A DNA stretch of 24,000 nucleotides. It comes from Oscillospiraceae bacterium. Lineage in GTDB: Bacteria; Bacillota; Clostridia; UMGS1810. The notes below the pieces were generated by a model. That model had not been told where the DNA came from. It saw only the letters and a list, made by a program, of their open reading frames with translations, and made no database searches. Below are positions 8,198 through 15,953 of the stretch, piece by piece. Made by a program: the position numbers and the translations under genes. The stretch is from the NCBI GenBank assembly GCA_015068975.1, contig SVJM01000003.1, positions 43,437 to 67,436 on the forward strand, written 5' to 3'. Each line of letters begins with the position of its first letter. The first letter of the stretch is position 1.

Positions 8198-8228
8198 TAG
8201 TGAAAAATAGTGAAAAAATAGTGAAATT
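8198..8228. repeat. Three tandem direct repeats of TAGTGAAA(A/T)n at helical-turn spacing
   Basis: TAGTGAAAAA starts at 8198, 8208 and 8219 (periods 10 and 11 nt). This is roughly -80 to -110 relative to the proposed minus-strand transcription start at 8117. Confidence 0.6.
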
Positions 8229-8254
8229 TTAACTTTGTTGTGGCATAATATAAT

Positions 8255-8300
8255 AAAAAAGCACGAAGCTATGAAGTATTCCATAGTTTCGTGCTTTTTT
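8255..8300. terminator. Bidirectional intrinsic terminator downstream of the secreted-protein operon
   Basis: AAAAAA-GCACGAAGCTATG (8261-8273), an 8-nt loop, CATAGTTTCGTGC (8282-8294), then TTTTTT. The 13-bp stem has one G-T / C-A position. Confidence 0.65.
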
Positions 8301-8302
8301 AT

Positions 8303-8389
8303 GTGATAGGAATTTTCGCGGTCCACGGCGAAAATTTGCATCACGCAAAAAAGTGTACCGCCCTCCCCCCAAGATTGGGGGCAAGGGGG
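8303..8389. repeat. Two further stable hairpins (REP-like) between the terminator and the 503-aa gene
   Basis: First: GTGAT..AATTTTCGC (8311-8319), loop, GCGAAAATT (8328-8336)..ATCAC. Second: CCCTCCCCCC (8361-8370), AAGATT, GGGGGCAAGGGGG (8377-8389). Confidence 0.4.
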
Positions 8390-8486
8390 TTGATGTGCTA
8401 AAGCACTTTTTTATAAAACTAATATCAGTAATTTAATCCCGTTTTTGTATTCGGTATATTCTGATATATTGCTTACCCTTATATTC

Positions 8487-9998
8487 CTACTCTATTATTG
8501 TTGAAGGAAGTTGTGAAATTGTGGCTTTGTCCTTGTAATTTATGATATAGAAATTTCTTACCTCCAATTTCTGAATCGCACCGCCAAATCTCATACCTGC
8601 ATTTGCTATATCTTCTATTCCTGTAAATGGCAAATAACACTTTGTCCATTCCTTGCCCACATTTGTTCTGGCAAAAAGTGCCTTTGCAGTGGAGCCATCC
8701 TGAACCCATGGTTTGATGTAACCTTTGCCTTCTGAATCTCCGCCTGATATAAGCCTTGCTTCAAAAACCATAATACATACATCATCTTTTGAAATAAGAG
8801 ATGATATATCCTTCTGAACGGTGGAATACACCCTGAGGTCTTTATCAGGAAGGGTGTGTACATCAACCTTCAAAACATCTGAATCAAAAGCTATTTTTGC
8901 AAAACCATTCTCATAATGCTTAATATTCTTTGTAAATTCATTTGCATCAACAACCAACATACCACCATCAGGGAGCCCATCTATTTTCTGAGCAGGTTTT
9001 GCAGGTTCGCTTGGTGTACCTGAAGATACCTCGCCGGAAATTACAGGAGCAACTGTAACAGAATCCTTGATAACTGTTGATGGAAGTGTCATTACGTCCT
9101 TATTGGTTCCGTAGTTTATCACTTCTATATCCTTGATTTCAAGGCTCTGAATACTTCCACCTAATCTGAAACCAAGACCATTCATATCATCAATACCAAC
9201 AAATGGCATCTTACATTCTGTCCAGTCTGATTTTACATCTGTTCTTGCAAAAAGTGCTTTGTCATTGTTTGATGCCTGAACCCAGGCTTTGATATAGCCT
9301 GTACCGTTATCTCCGCCTGATACAAGTCTTGCTTTGAAATTAAGGCTACACACATCGCCTTTTTGGATAAGTCCTGAAATAGGTGTCAAAAGGTTAAGTG
9401 TTACCTGAAGATCTTTTTCAGGCAATTTTGTAACATTTACTTTGAACACATCATCTATGAGTTCTATTTTTGCGAATCCGTTTTCGTATCCTTTGTAGTT
9501 TTTCTTAAAGGTATCATAATCTATTATAACAAGACCTTTTTCTTCCTTTTCTTTGTTTATTAATTCTTCACGATACTTACTGCTTGTGATAACTACAGTT
9601 TTTGTTTCATCAATCCATTCAACCTCTGCACCAAGGGCTTCTGATATAAATCTTACAGGCACCATTGTTCTTGAATTGATTATTTTCGGTGCAACATCAA
9701 GGGTGATTTTTTTATTATTCATCACAGCAGAGGTGCTTTCTACCTGAAGAACAACTGTTTTTTGTCCTTTGGAACCAAGAATAGTTTTTGTTTCATCTAC
9801 CCATTCTACCTTTGCACCAAGGGCTTCAAAGATACCCCTTAAGGGCACAAGTGTTCTGCTATTTATTATAACAGGCATCTGGTCATAGGACTGATTTACA
9901 TCATCAATTATAATCTTTATTTCGGTTTGTGCATTTGTAACAGAAAATGAACATAAACACATTATAAATATCAAAAATAATGCTATTAGTCTTTTCAT
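8487..9998 (-). CDS. Secreted protein: signal peptide, copper amine oxidase N-terminal-like repeats, and two tandem CBM-like beta-sandwich modules
   Basis: Signal peptide MKRLIALFLIFIMCLCSFSVTNA/Q. Two repeats follow: SRTLVPLRGIFEALGAKVEWVDETKT and SRTMVPVRFISEALGAEVEWIDETKT. Then come two ~150-aa paralogous modules (YENGFAKI...SGGD...KALFART...W..C..PF.GI...G.R.GG.IQ.LE...), separated by a P/S/E-rich linker. Confidence 0.8.
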   Translation of the reverse strand: MKRLIALFLIFIMCLCSFSVTNAQTEIKIIIDDVNQSYDQMPVIINSRTLVPLRGIFEALGAKVEWVDETKTILGSKGQKTVVLQVESTSAVMNNKKITLDVAPKIINSRTMVPVRFISEALGAEVEWIDETKTVVITSSKYREELINKEKEEKGLVIIDYDTFKKNYKGYENGFAKIELIDDVFKVNVTKLPEKDLQVTLNLLTPISGLIQKGDVCSLNFKARLVSGGDNGTGYIKAWVQASNNDKALFARTDVKSDWTECKMPFVGIDDMNGLGFRLGGSIQSLEIKDIEVINYGTNKDVMTLPSTVIKDSVTVAPVISGEVSSGTPSEPAKPAQKIDGLPDGGMLVVDANEFTKNIKHYENGFAKIAFDSDVLKVDVHTLPDKDLRVYSTVQKDISSLISKDDVCIMVFEARLISGGDSEGKGYIKPWVQDGSTAKALFARTNVGKEWTKCYLPFTGIEDIANAGMRFGGAIQKLEVRNFYIINYKDKATISQLPSTIIE

Positions 9999-10009
9999 AT
10001 AGACACCAC

Positions 10010-12232
10010 CTATCTTATAATTTCGGTTTTGACACCGTCAGTTACAGAATATAAATAAAGCTCTGAATCATTAGCTTCTCTATCATAATTCACAATCACA
10101 TATTTTCTTCTGTCGATTTCTGTATAATCTCCAGAATGATATGCGTTGACTAACTTTCCATCCTTATATTCTGCTACCACATAATATGGATTATTTTCAT
10201 TTTCTTTATATTCTGTGAGAAAATGTATTCCGTTGTCCTTATTAAGTTTTGCATTTACAGAATTGTCCTTGGAAGAAATTATAATCTCCAATTTATTGTC
10301 ATTTCCTTTATAAAGAGGAACGGAAACGGTCTTTGTAATACCATTGTGTGTAACCTTTATATCGTAGTCTCCGTAGTATGCACGAAGAGTATATTTGCCG
10401 TTGGAATCTGTCTTACCCTTTTCTCTTGTCCACCACTTGTTATATACAAGGTCCTGATATACAACACCGCCCGGCTTTAAGGACATATCATAATAGCATA
10501 CAAATCTGTGGTCGAGCTTTGTGGTAGATGCATTCTGAAATCCCCACAGCTGAATCAAAGATACCTGTGGCATAGAAAAGTATGCGATAAGTGCATCTCT
10601 GGCTATATTTCCCTGATAACTCACATCTGAACCCATACCCTTTGTATCAAATTCGGTAATCAGAATTTCTTTGTCAAACTCTGCAAGTTGTTCTATATAC
10701 CACATAAGATCCTTTGGTTTTGTACCGTATCCCACGTGGCCCTGATATGATATTGTGTCAAAATCCACATTCTCTTTCAGGAGATATTCTAAAAATGGTT
10801 TCTCTGCTCCCTCAAATGCACCCTTAGGTCCGAAGCCCTCTGCTACACTGAGCTTAGACTGAGGGAAATACTTATTTGCCCATTGGTACCAGTACTTCAC
10901 TATATCAAGGCCGTGAAGCCTTTTGAATGTATTTGTTATGCCCTTTCCGTTGTCATATCTTGCTGCATCTTCATTGGATACATCCCACCAGGTAACTTCA
11001 GGAAATCTCTCAGCCATATACTTGAAGTGATCTTCAATTGCCCTGAGAGAAGCTTCTTTGTCTTTAAAGACATTTTTGTAGCCTGCCATCCATCTGTCGT
11101 TCTCAGCACCATCATACATAAGTGCATGTCCGTGAATGCCTCGTGTAATATTGTTTCTCTCAGCAAAATCTATTACACCCTCGGCATAATCATAATAGGT
11201 GTTCTCATCGTCGTTTTCTACCCATTTGTGCAAAAATCCCTCTGCTCCGATTGCATTGAAGTTTTCTACCACTGCACGACGATACTTCTTATTTGTTGCG
11301 ATTTCTTTACCTACCGCAACAGAAAAAGGAAACTCGTGCTCATACATATCCAAAGATATATCTGCATCTGTTATGGGATTTCCATTTTCATCCTTTACGG
11401 TGATTTCCACATCGCCTTTTCTGTATTTTTCGATTCTTGCCAGAGCATCCTTACGCCACTGAGCATCCTCTTCGCTGCCTTCATAGCGAGCCTGATTCTG
11501 TGGCATATCATCGGGTCCGTACTTTGTTCCGTAATTTACCATCTCAAGACCGCCGATTTCTATTACACCTGTATAATAGATTGGGTTTAAGCTGAATACA
11601 AATCCCGCTTCACCGTATTCGTGGTTTAAGTTAATCGGCACATAGGCACGTTTCCATTCTGAGCCGAATTCTATTGTCTGATACTGTCTTCCGTCGTTGG
11701 ATTTCACCCAGGATTTCTCACAAAAATAAGCATAAACCGAGCTTAAATTTGTATCTATGTCGCCGCCTGATATCTTTCTCACATAAAAAGTGGCAAGAAG
11801 CTGATCCCCATCTTTGAACTTGGTAAACTTTTCAAAATCATCGGGATATATTCTGTAGTTGTAGCCTGAATGTGTAGAAGGAAGCTTATCTGTGGTCATA
11901 CGAAGTGCCTTTTTAAAAGGCATACCTTCTACCTCCACCACCTCAATCTTTCCGTGGCTTTTGCCCTCTATGGTAGCACCTTCATAAAACAGATCGTCAC
12001 CGCTTATAACCACTTCACCACCGGAAAGCGATTCATATACCTTGTCCCCGTCTTCAGGCATAGGGAAGAAGTGAAGGTCATCCAGTGCCTTACTCTTTGT
12101 AAACTCCGTAGGTACAGGTCTGTGATCGGTAGGTCTTTCAAGAACATCTTCCACCGGTACAGCAAGTGCATTTACACTAAAACTCATACCTATCATAATA
12201 ATGCTTACTATAGATGAAATAAATCTTTTCAT
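10010..12232 (-). CDS. Secreted GH10-family glycoside hydrolase (putative endo-beta-1,4-xylanase) with N-terminal CBM-like module and C-terminal Ig/CarboxypepD_reg-like region
   Basis: Signal peptide MKRFISSIVSIIMIGMSFSVNA/LA. GH10 motifs appear in order: NFNAIGAEGFLHKW, IHGHALMY, WDVSNE (acid/base), ISYQGH, ILITEFD (nucleophile), LIQLWGF. RBS AGGAG lies before the ATG, and an 11-nt gap separates it from the next gene. Confidence 0.8.
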   Translation of the reverse strand: MKRFISSIVSIIMIGMSFSVNALAVPVEDVLERPTDHRPVPTEFTKSKALDDLHFFPMPEDGDKVYESLSGGEVVISGDDLFYEGATIEGKSHGKIEVVEVEGMPFKKALRMTTDKLPSTHSGYNYRIYPDDFEKFTKFKDGDQLLATFYVRKISGGDIDTNLSSVYAYFCEKSWVKSNDGRQYQTIEFGSEWKRAYVPINLNHEYGEAGFVFSLNPIYYTGVIEIGGLEMVNYGTKYGPDDMPQNQARYEGSEEDAQWRKDALARIEKYRKGDVEITVKDENGNPITDADISLDMYEHEFPFSVAVGKEIATNKKYRRAVVENFNAIGAEGFLHKWVENDDENTYYDYAEGVIDFAERNNITRGIHGHALMYDGAENDRWMAGYKNVFKDKEASLRAIEDHFKYMAERFPEVTWWDVSNEDAARYDNGKGITNTFKRLHGLDIVKYWYQWANKYFPQSKLSVAEGFGPKGAFEGAEKPFLEYLLKENVDFDTISYQGHVGYGTKPKDLMWYIEQLAEFDKEILITEFDTKGMGSDVSYQGNIARDALIAYFSMPQVSLIQLWGFQNASTTKLDHRFVCYYDMSLKPGGVVYQDLVYNKWWTREKGKTDSNGKYTLRAYYGDYDIKVTHNGITKTVSVPLYKGNDNKLEIIISSKDNSVNAKLNKDNGIHFLTEYKENENNPYYVVAEYKDGKLVNAYHSGDYTEIDRRKYVIVNYDREANDSELYLYSVTDGVKTEIIR

Positions 12233-12269
12233 TTTCTTTCTCCTTTCTCATTTTCATCCTTTCAATTTT

Positions 12270-12298
12270 ATATTACACTACCAAAATAGCCGCTTCAA
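12270..12298 (-). promoter_or_regulatory. Candidate proximal promoter of the GH10 operon
   Basis: Minus strand reads TTGAAG (12298-12293), a 17-nt spacer, then TAATAT (12275-12270), about 40 nt upstream of ATG 12232. Confidence 0.35.
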
Positions 12299-12348
12299 TA
12301 GTCTTTTGCCACTTTTTTATGTCATTTTAGACGTTATAAAGATGCCAC

Positions 12349-12867
12349 GAGAAGCCGATAAAAATAGGTCAGAATCGCACAGCGTAAGAATACGAAAAAT
12401 TAGTTCAGAATGTTCAAACTGAACCGTAGGGTTACCCGAAGGCGTATGTGATACGCCGAGTGGTTAAGTTCGTCCGTAACATAAGACAGCAAGAGAAGCC
12501 GATAAAAATTGGTCAGAAATGGCAAACCAAACCAAAGTTGTATGTTTATACTATGTAGAGCGGATGTGATGAAGGAGAAAAAATCTTTTGGAACGGACAA
12601 ACGGAATCCGAAGGCGTATGTGATACGCCGAGTGGTGAAGTTTGTCCGTAACATAAGACAACAAGAGAAGCCGATAAAAATAGGTCAGAACTGGCAAACC
12701 AAACCAAAGTTGTATGTTTATACTACGAAGGTGCAGGTTTGTCAGTAGCACAAAGCGAATAAAAAAGAAAAACTTTTGCACTTAATTGTGCAAAAGTTTC
12801 ACCTTAGCAAATATTTATTAAATATCTCCCTCGCTTTGTGCGATATGGCCATTTTTTCGGCTTCTCT
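12349..12867. repeat. Intergenic repeat complex: 172-bp tandem duplication plus four copies of the motif AGAGAAGCCGA(T)AAAAAT(A/T)GG
   Basis: Units 12436-12553 and 12608-12725 are 118 nt long with 5 substitutions. Motif copies lie at 12349-12374, 12493-12518 and 12665-12690 (direct) and at 12847-12867 (inverted, two 1-nt gaps). Confidence 0.85.
12755..12799 (-). terminator. Intrinsic terminator of the LytTR gene / long metabolic operon
   Basis: Perfect 12-bp stem AAACTTTTGCAC (12770-12781) and GTGCAAAAGTTT (12788-12799) with a TTAATT loop. On the minus strand it is followed by TTCTTTTTTATT. Confidence 0.7.
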
Positions 12868-13588
12868 ACAGGCGATTCTTTTGTTTAAGAATATACGCCT
12901 CATATATGGCCTTGATTTCTTTAAGCCTTCGTTTGGGTATAGAAATAATCTCTTTATCATCCATCACAAATGAATCATTCTCGATTCTTTCTACCCTGTC
13001 CATATTTATAATACAATTTTTGTAACTTCTTAAGAATCTTGTGTGCTTCATAAGCACTCTTGCCACATCATTGAATGCAACTGAAAAGAAACTGGTCTTT
13101 TTGCCATCGGTATATATATCCACACTATGATTGCCATAGTCCACATAAAGAATGTCCTTAAGATATACAGTCACCGGTTTTTTGTTGAGCATAAGAGTGA
13201 TAGCATCTTCCTTTTTGTCTATCTCTCTTATTGTTACAAGCACTTTTTCCTGACCTTTCTGAGGATAGAAGGCAAGTTCGTACCATCTGATAATATTATG
13301 CTCTCTCTCTATAGAAAAACAAAAAGTCTTTCCTCTTATGCCATCATTATACATCTCGTGTATCCCGTCTACAGTGAGGCTCTCCACACCGTCAATATCT
13401 GATACAAGAACCTTATCAAGCATACATTTAAGATTATTCATATCATAGGTATTACCCACTTTTGCATCATCCCCGTTGAAGGAACGGATAACAACCCTAT
13501 CATCACTTAAGAAAAGTTCCCCTGTGATATCATAGATTGTCCTTATAAGATTTTTTTCAAAATCATTATTTGTGTTTGTACTGCTCAT
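12866..13588 (-). CDS. LytTR-family DNA-binding regulator with a non-receiver (PAS-like?) N-terminal domain
   Basis: C-terminal LytTR pattern: VYLKDILYVDYGNHSVDIYTDGKKTSFFSVAFNDVARVLMKHTRFLRSYKNCIINMDRVERIENDSFVMDDKEIISIPKRRLKEIK. The N-terminal 135 aa lacks the REC Asp pocket and ends ...IIRWYELAFYPQKGQEKVLVTIREID. Confidence 0.75.
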   Translation of the reverse strand: MSSTNTNNDFEKNLIRTIYDITGELFLSDDRVVIRSFNGDDAKVGNTYDMNNLKCMLDKVLVSDIDGVESLTVDGIHEMYNDGIRGKTFCFSIEREHNIIRWYELAFYPQKGQEKVLVTIREIDKKEDAITLMLNKKPVTVYLKDILYVDYGNHSVDIYTDGKKTSFFSVAFNDVARVLMKHTRFLRSYKNCIINMDRVERIENDSFVMDDKEIISIPKRRLKEIKAIYEAYILKQKNRL

Positions 13589-13603
13589 AAAACACCACCC
13601 TTG

Positions 13604-15295
13604 TTAGTTTGCATTTTTTGAATCATTTTCTCTGATTTCACTTCTGCGGATTTTGCCGTTGAAGGTCTTAGGAAGCTCCTTTACGTATTCCACAATTCTC
13701 GGATACTTATAAGGTGCTGTGTTGGCCTTTACATAGTTCTGAAGCTCTTTTGTAAGCTCAGGTGTGCCTTCATAGCCTTCAGAAAGAACGATTGTCGCCT
13801 TAACTGCAAAGCCTCTCACAGGATCAGGAACACCTGTTACAGCAACCTCATGAACTGCATCATGCTCAACCAGTACACTCTCGATTTCGAATGGTCCGAT
13901 TCTGTATCCTGAAGATTTGATAACATCGTCATTTCTTCCCACATATCTGAACATTCCCAGCTCATCACGGTAAGCTGTGTCACCTGTGTGATAGTAGCCG
14001 TTATACATTGCTCTCTGGGTATCTTCCTTGGAGAAATTGTATGTATCAAGAAGTCCGCAGGACTTTCTCTTCTGGCTAAGTACTCTTATACAGATTTCCC
14101 CTGTGGCGCCACGTTGTGCTTCCTGATTGTCATCTGTAAGGATATGCACATCAAATCCCGGAACAGGAAGTCCGATTGCACCCGGCACAGGCTCTGTCCA
14201 TGGCTTGATTGTAGCAAGACAAAGACAGGTTTCCGTCTGACCGAATCCTTCATATATCTTAAGTCCTGTAGCATCATACCATTTGTTGAAGATTTCAGGA
14301 TTAAGAGCTTCCCCTGCTGTACAACAATGTGTGAGTGATGAAAGATCGTATTTTTTTACATCATTCTGAAGTAACATTCTGTACATTGTAGGCGGAACAC
14401 AGAAGGTAGTTATCTTATATTTTTCCATCTTTGAAAGGATATCAGCGCCGTCGAACTTGTCAAAATCATATACAAGCACTGCACTTTCTCCCATCCACTG
14501 ACCATAGAGCTTACCCCAGAGGGATTTGAGCCATCCGGTATCGGAAATGGTGAAATGTACACCACCATCCACTACTCTGTGCCAGAATACTCCTGTCATA
14601 ATATGACCGAGTGGGTATTTAAAGTTATGTGTAATGATTTTGGGGTATCCGCTTGTACCTGAAGAAAACGCCATAAGCATCATATCGTCTGCCTTGATAG
14701 CTGCTTTGCCTGTAGGTCTTTGCCATTCTGTACTTGCCATTTCAAAGCCTGCTTCGAAGTCTATCCAGCCTTCTCCTGCATCCTTATGCCCCAAAACAAA
14801 TTTCTTTTCTACAGTTTCGTACTGTCCTTCGCCCTCGTCAAAATAGCTTGTTTCGTCTGCATCACCTGTAAGGATAACAGCTTTTATCTTACCTGCATTA
14901 CAACGATAAACATAGTCTTTTGCCTTAAGCATATTTGTCGCCTGTACGGCAACTGCACCGATTTTGTGAAGTGCAAGGATTACAAACCAGAAATAGTAGC
15001 TTCTCTTCATCGCAAGAAGCACCTTGTCGCCCTTCTTTATACCCATATAGTTAAGGTAGTTTGCTGCCTTGTTTGATGAGAGCATCATATCCTCAAATGT
15101 AAAGAACTTTTCTTCACCGGTCTTTGACACCCATATCATAGCAAGTTTTTCAGGTTTGTTCTTTCCAAGGTTGTCCACTACATCATATGCAAAGTTAAAA
15201 TCATCATTATAAGTCAAAGTATAATTGGTTCTTGCATCCTTCAATGAGATAAAATCGTCTCTTGATGCTCCAACAAATTTTTCGTATATAGCCAT
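13604..15295 (-). CDS. AMP-forming acyl-CoA synthetase (ACSM / MbcS-like short- or medium-chain acid-CoA ligase)
   Basis: AMP-binding motif FSSGTSGYPKII, plus YEGFGQTE, YHTGDTAYRDELGMFRYVGRNDDVIKSSGYRIGPFEIE and C-terminal PKTFNGKIRR. ATG 15295 lies 7 nt after GGAGGG, so I prefer it to the track start at 15310. Confidence 0.85.
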   Translation of the reverse strand: MAIYEKFVGASRDDFISLKDARTNYTLTYNDDFNFAYDVVDNLGKNKPEKLAMIWVSKTGEEKFFTFEDMMLSSNKAANYLNYMGIKKGDKVLLAMKRSYYFWFVILALHKIGAVAVQATNMLKAKDYVYRCNAGKIKAVILTGDADETSYFDEGEGQYETVEKKFVLGHKDAGEGWIDFEAGFEMASTEWQRPTGKAAIKADDMMLMAFSSGTSGYPKIITHNFKYPLGHIMTGVFWHRVVDGGVHFTISDTGWLKSLWGKLYGQWMGESAVLVYDFDKFDGADILSKMEKYKITTFCVPPTMYRMLLQNDVKKYDLSSLTHCCTAGEALNPEIFNKWYDATGLKIYEGFGQTETCLCLATIKPWTEPVPGAIGLPVPGFDVHILTDDNQEAQRGATGEICIRVLSQKRKSCGLLDTYNFSKEDTQRAMYNGYYHTGDTAYRDELGMFRYVGRNDDVIKSSGYRIGPFEIESVLVEHDAVHEVAVTGVPDPVRGFAVKATIVLSEGYEGTPELTKELQNYVKANTAPYKYPRIVEYVKELPKTFNGKIRRSEIRENDSKNAN

Positions 15296-15390
15296 TATAT
15301 AGCCCTCCATATTTAGATAAATCAGTAAAATTAATAATGTTCTGAATCACCGAGGCTAAGAAAAGTATCCGAACAAAACTTTTCCATCGG

Positions 15391-15942
15391 CTATTTAATG
15401 ACTACTGCAATAAACTGTGCTTCCTTGTCGCCCATAGCCACCTCTGCATGAGGCACACTTGAGTCAAAGTACACACTGTCGCCCTTGGATAATTCGTAAG
15501 AAATATCCCCGATATAAAGCTTCATTTTTCCTGAAATCACATAATTGAATTCCTGTCCCTCGTGTCCGTGCATAACGGGAGGAGCATCATCGGGAGTGAT
15601 TGTCACAAGGAAAGGCTCTGCCTTTTTGTTTCTGAAGGTATATGCAAGGTGCTTGTAGTCGTATTCGTCTTCTCTTTTTACAGAATAGCCTTCACCTTTT
15701 TTTACCATACAGCACATAGAAAGTGTAGGCGCATTTCCGCTTATAAGATCAGACACATCGATACCCAATACTTCTGCGGCATTATACATAAAGCTGAATG
15801 AAAAGTCCATTTCGCCTCTTTCGTATGCACAATATGTATCAACATCCACGCCAAGCTTTGCTGCCATTTCTTCTACAGAAAGCTCTACCTCTTCTCTCAT
15901 AAAAGACAATCTCATTCCGATATCCTTTATCTGAGTATTCAT
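15391..15942 (-). CDS. XRE-family HTH transcriptional regulator with C-terminal cupin domain
   Basis: HTH_3 region IGMRLSFMREEVELSVEEMAAKLGVDVDTYCAYERGE. Cupin motif HGHEGQEFNYVISGKMKLYIGD...GDSVYFDSSVPH. Confidence 0.85.
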   Translation of the reverse strand: MNTQIKDIGMRLSFMREEVELSVEEMAAKLGVDVDTYCAYERGEMDFSFSFMYNAAEVLGIDVSDLISGNAPTLSMCCMVKKGEGYSVKREDEYDYKHLAYTFRNKKAEPFLVTITPDDAPPVMHGHEGQEFNYVISGKMKLYIGDISYELSKGDSVYFDSSVPHAEVAMGDKEAQFIAVVIK

Positions 15943-15953
15943 CTTACTTTCAC

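Noticed and set aside
8241-8260. Plus-strand -10-like boxes (TGGCATAAT, TATAAT) just before the hairpin at 8261
   Set aside because: There is no convincing -35 box, and the resulting transcript would consist only of the terminator hairpin. These are more likely AT-rich background next to a bidirectional terminator.
8006-8344. 112-aa minus-strand ORF and the 101-aa plus-strand ORF (7905-8210) in the AT-rich gap
   Set aside because: They run straight through a promoter, two terminators and the direct-repeat array. They are I/F/L/K-rich low-complexity sequence, lack an RBS, and their starts lie inside hairpins.
10883-11590. Long antisense ORFs opposite real genes (for example 10883-11590, 5609-5980, 17278-17673, 18253-18585, 20637-21110, 21735-22100, 13988-14338, 108-412)
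   Set aside because: Each lies fully within a gene on the other strand that has clear family motifs. Their translations are Cys/Ser/Phe-rich shadow-frame products with no motifs.
12349-12725. Possible CRISPR array, because of the regularly recurring ~26-nt motif
   Set aside because: There are only three direct copies, with unequal spacing (144 and 172 bp). The 'spacer' sequence is itself duplicated: the 118-nt units are near-identical. The motif is not a CRISPR-like repeat, and no cas genes are present.
12436-12725. Template/variable repeat pair of a diversity-generating retroelement
   Set aside because: The 5 differences are mixed (T/G, C/T, G/A, T/A, A/C) rather than adenine-specific. Both copies are non-coding, and no reverse transcriptase is in the window.
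12201-12973. Track ORFs inside the repeat region (12201-12422 +, 12400-12654 -, 12509-12748 +, 12551-12781 -, 12776-12973 +)
   Set aside because: None has an RBS at proper spacing. They overlap each other on both strands, span the repeats and terminator, and have low-complexity composition. They are most likely chance ORFs in AT-rich DNA.
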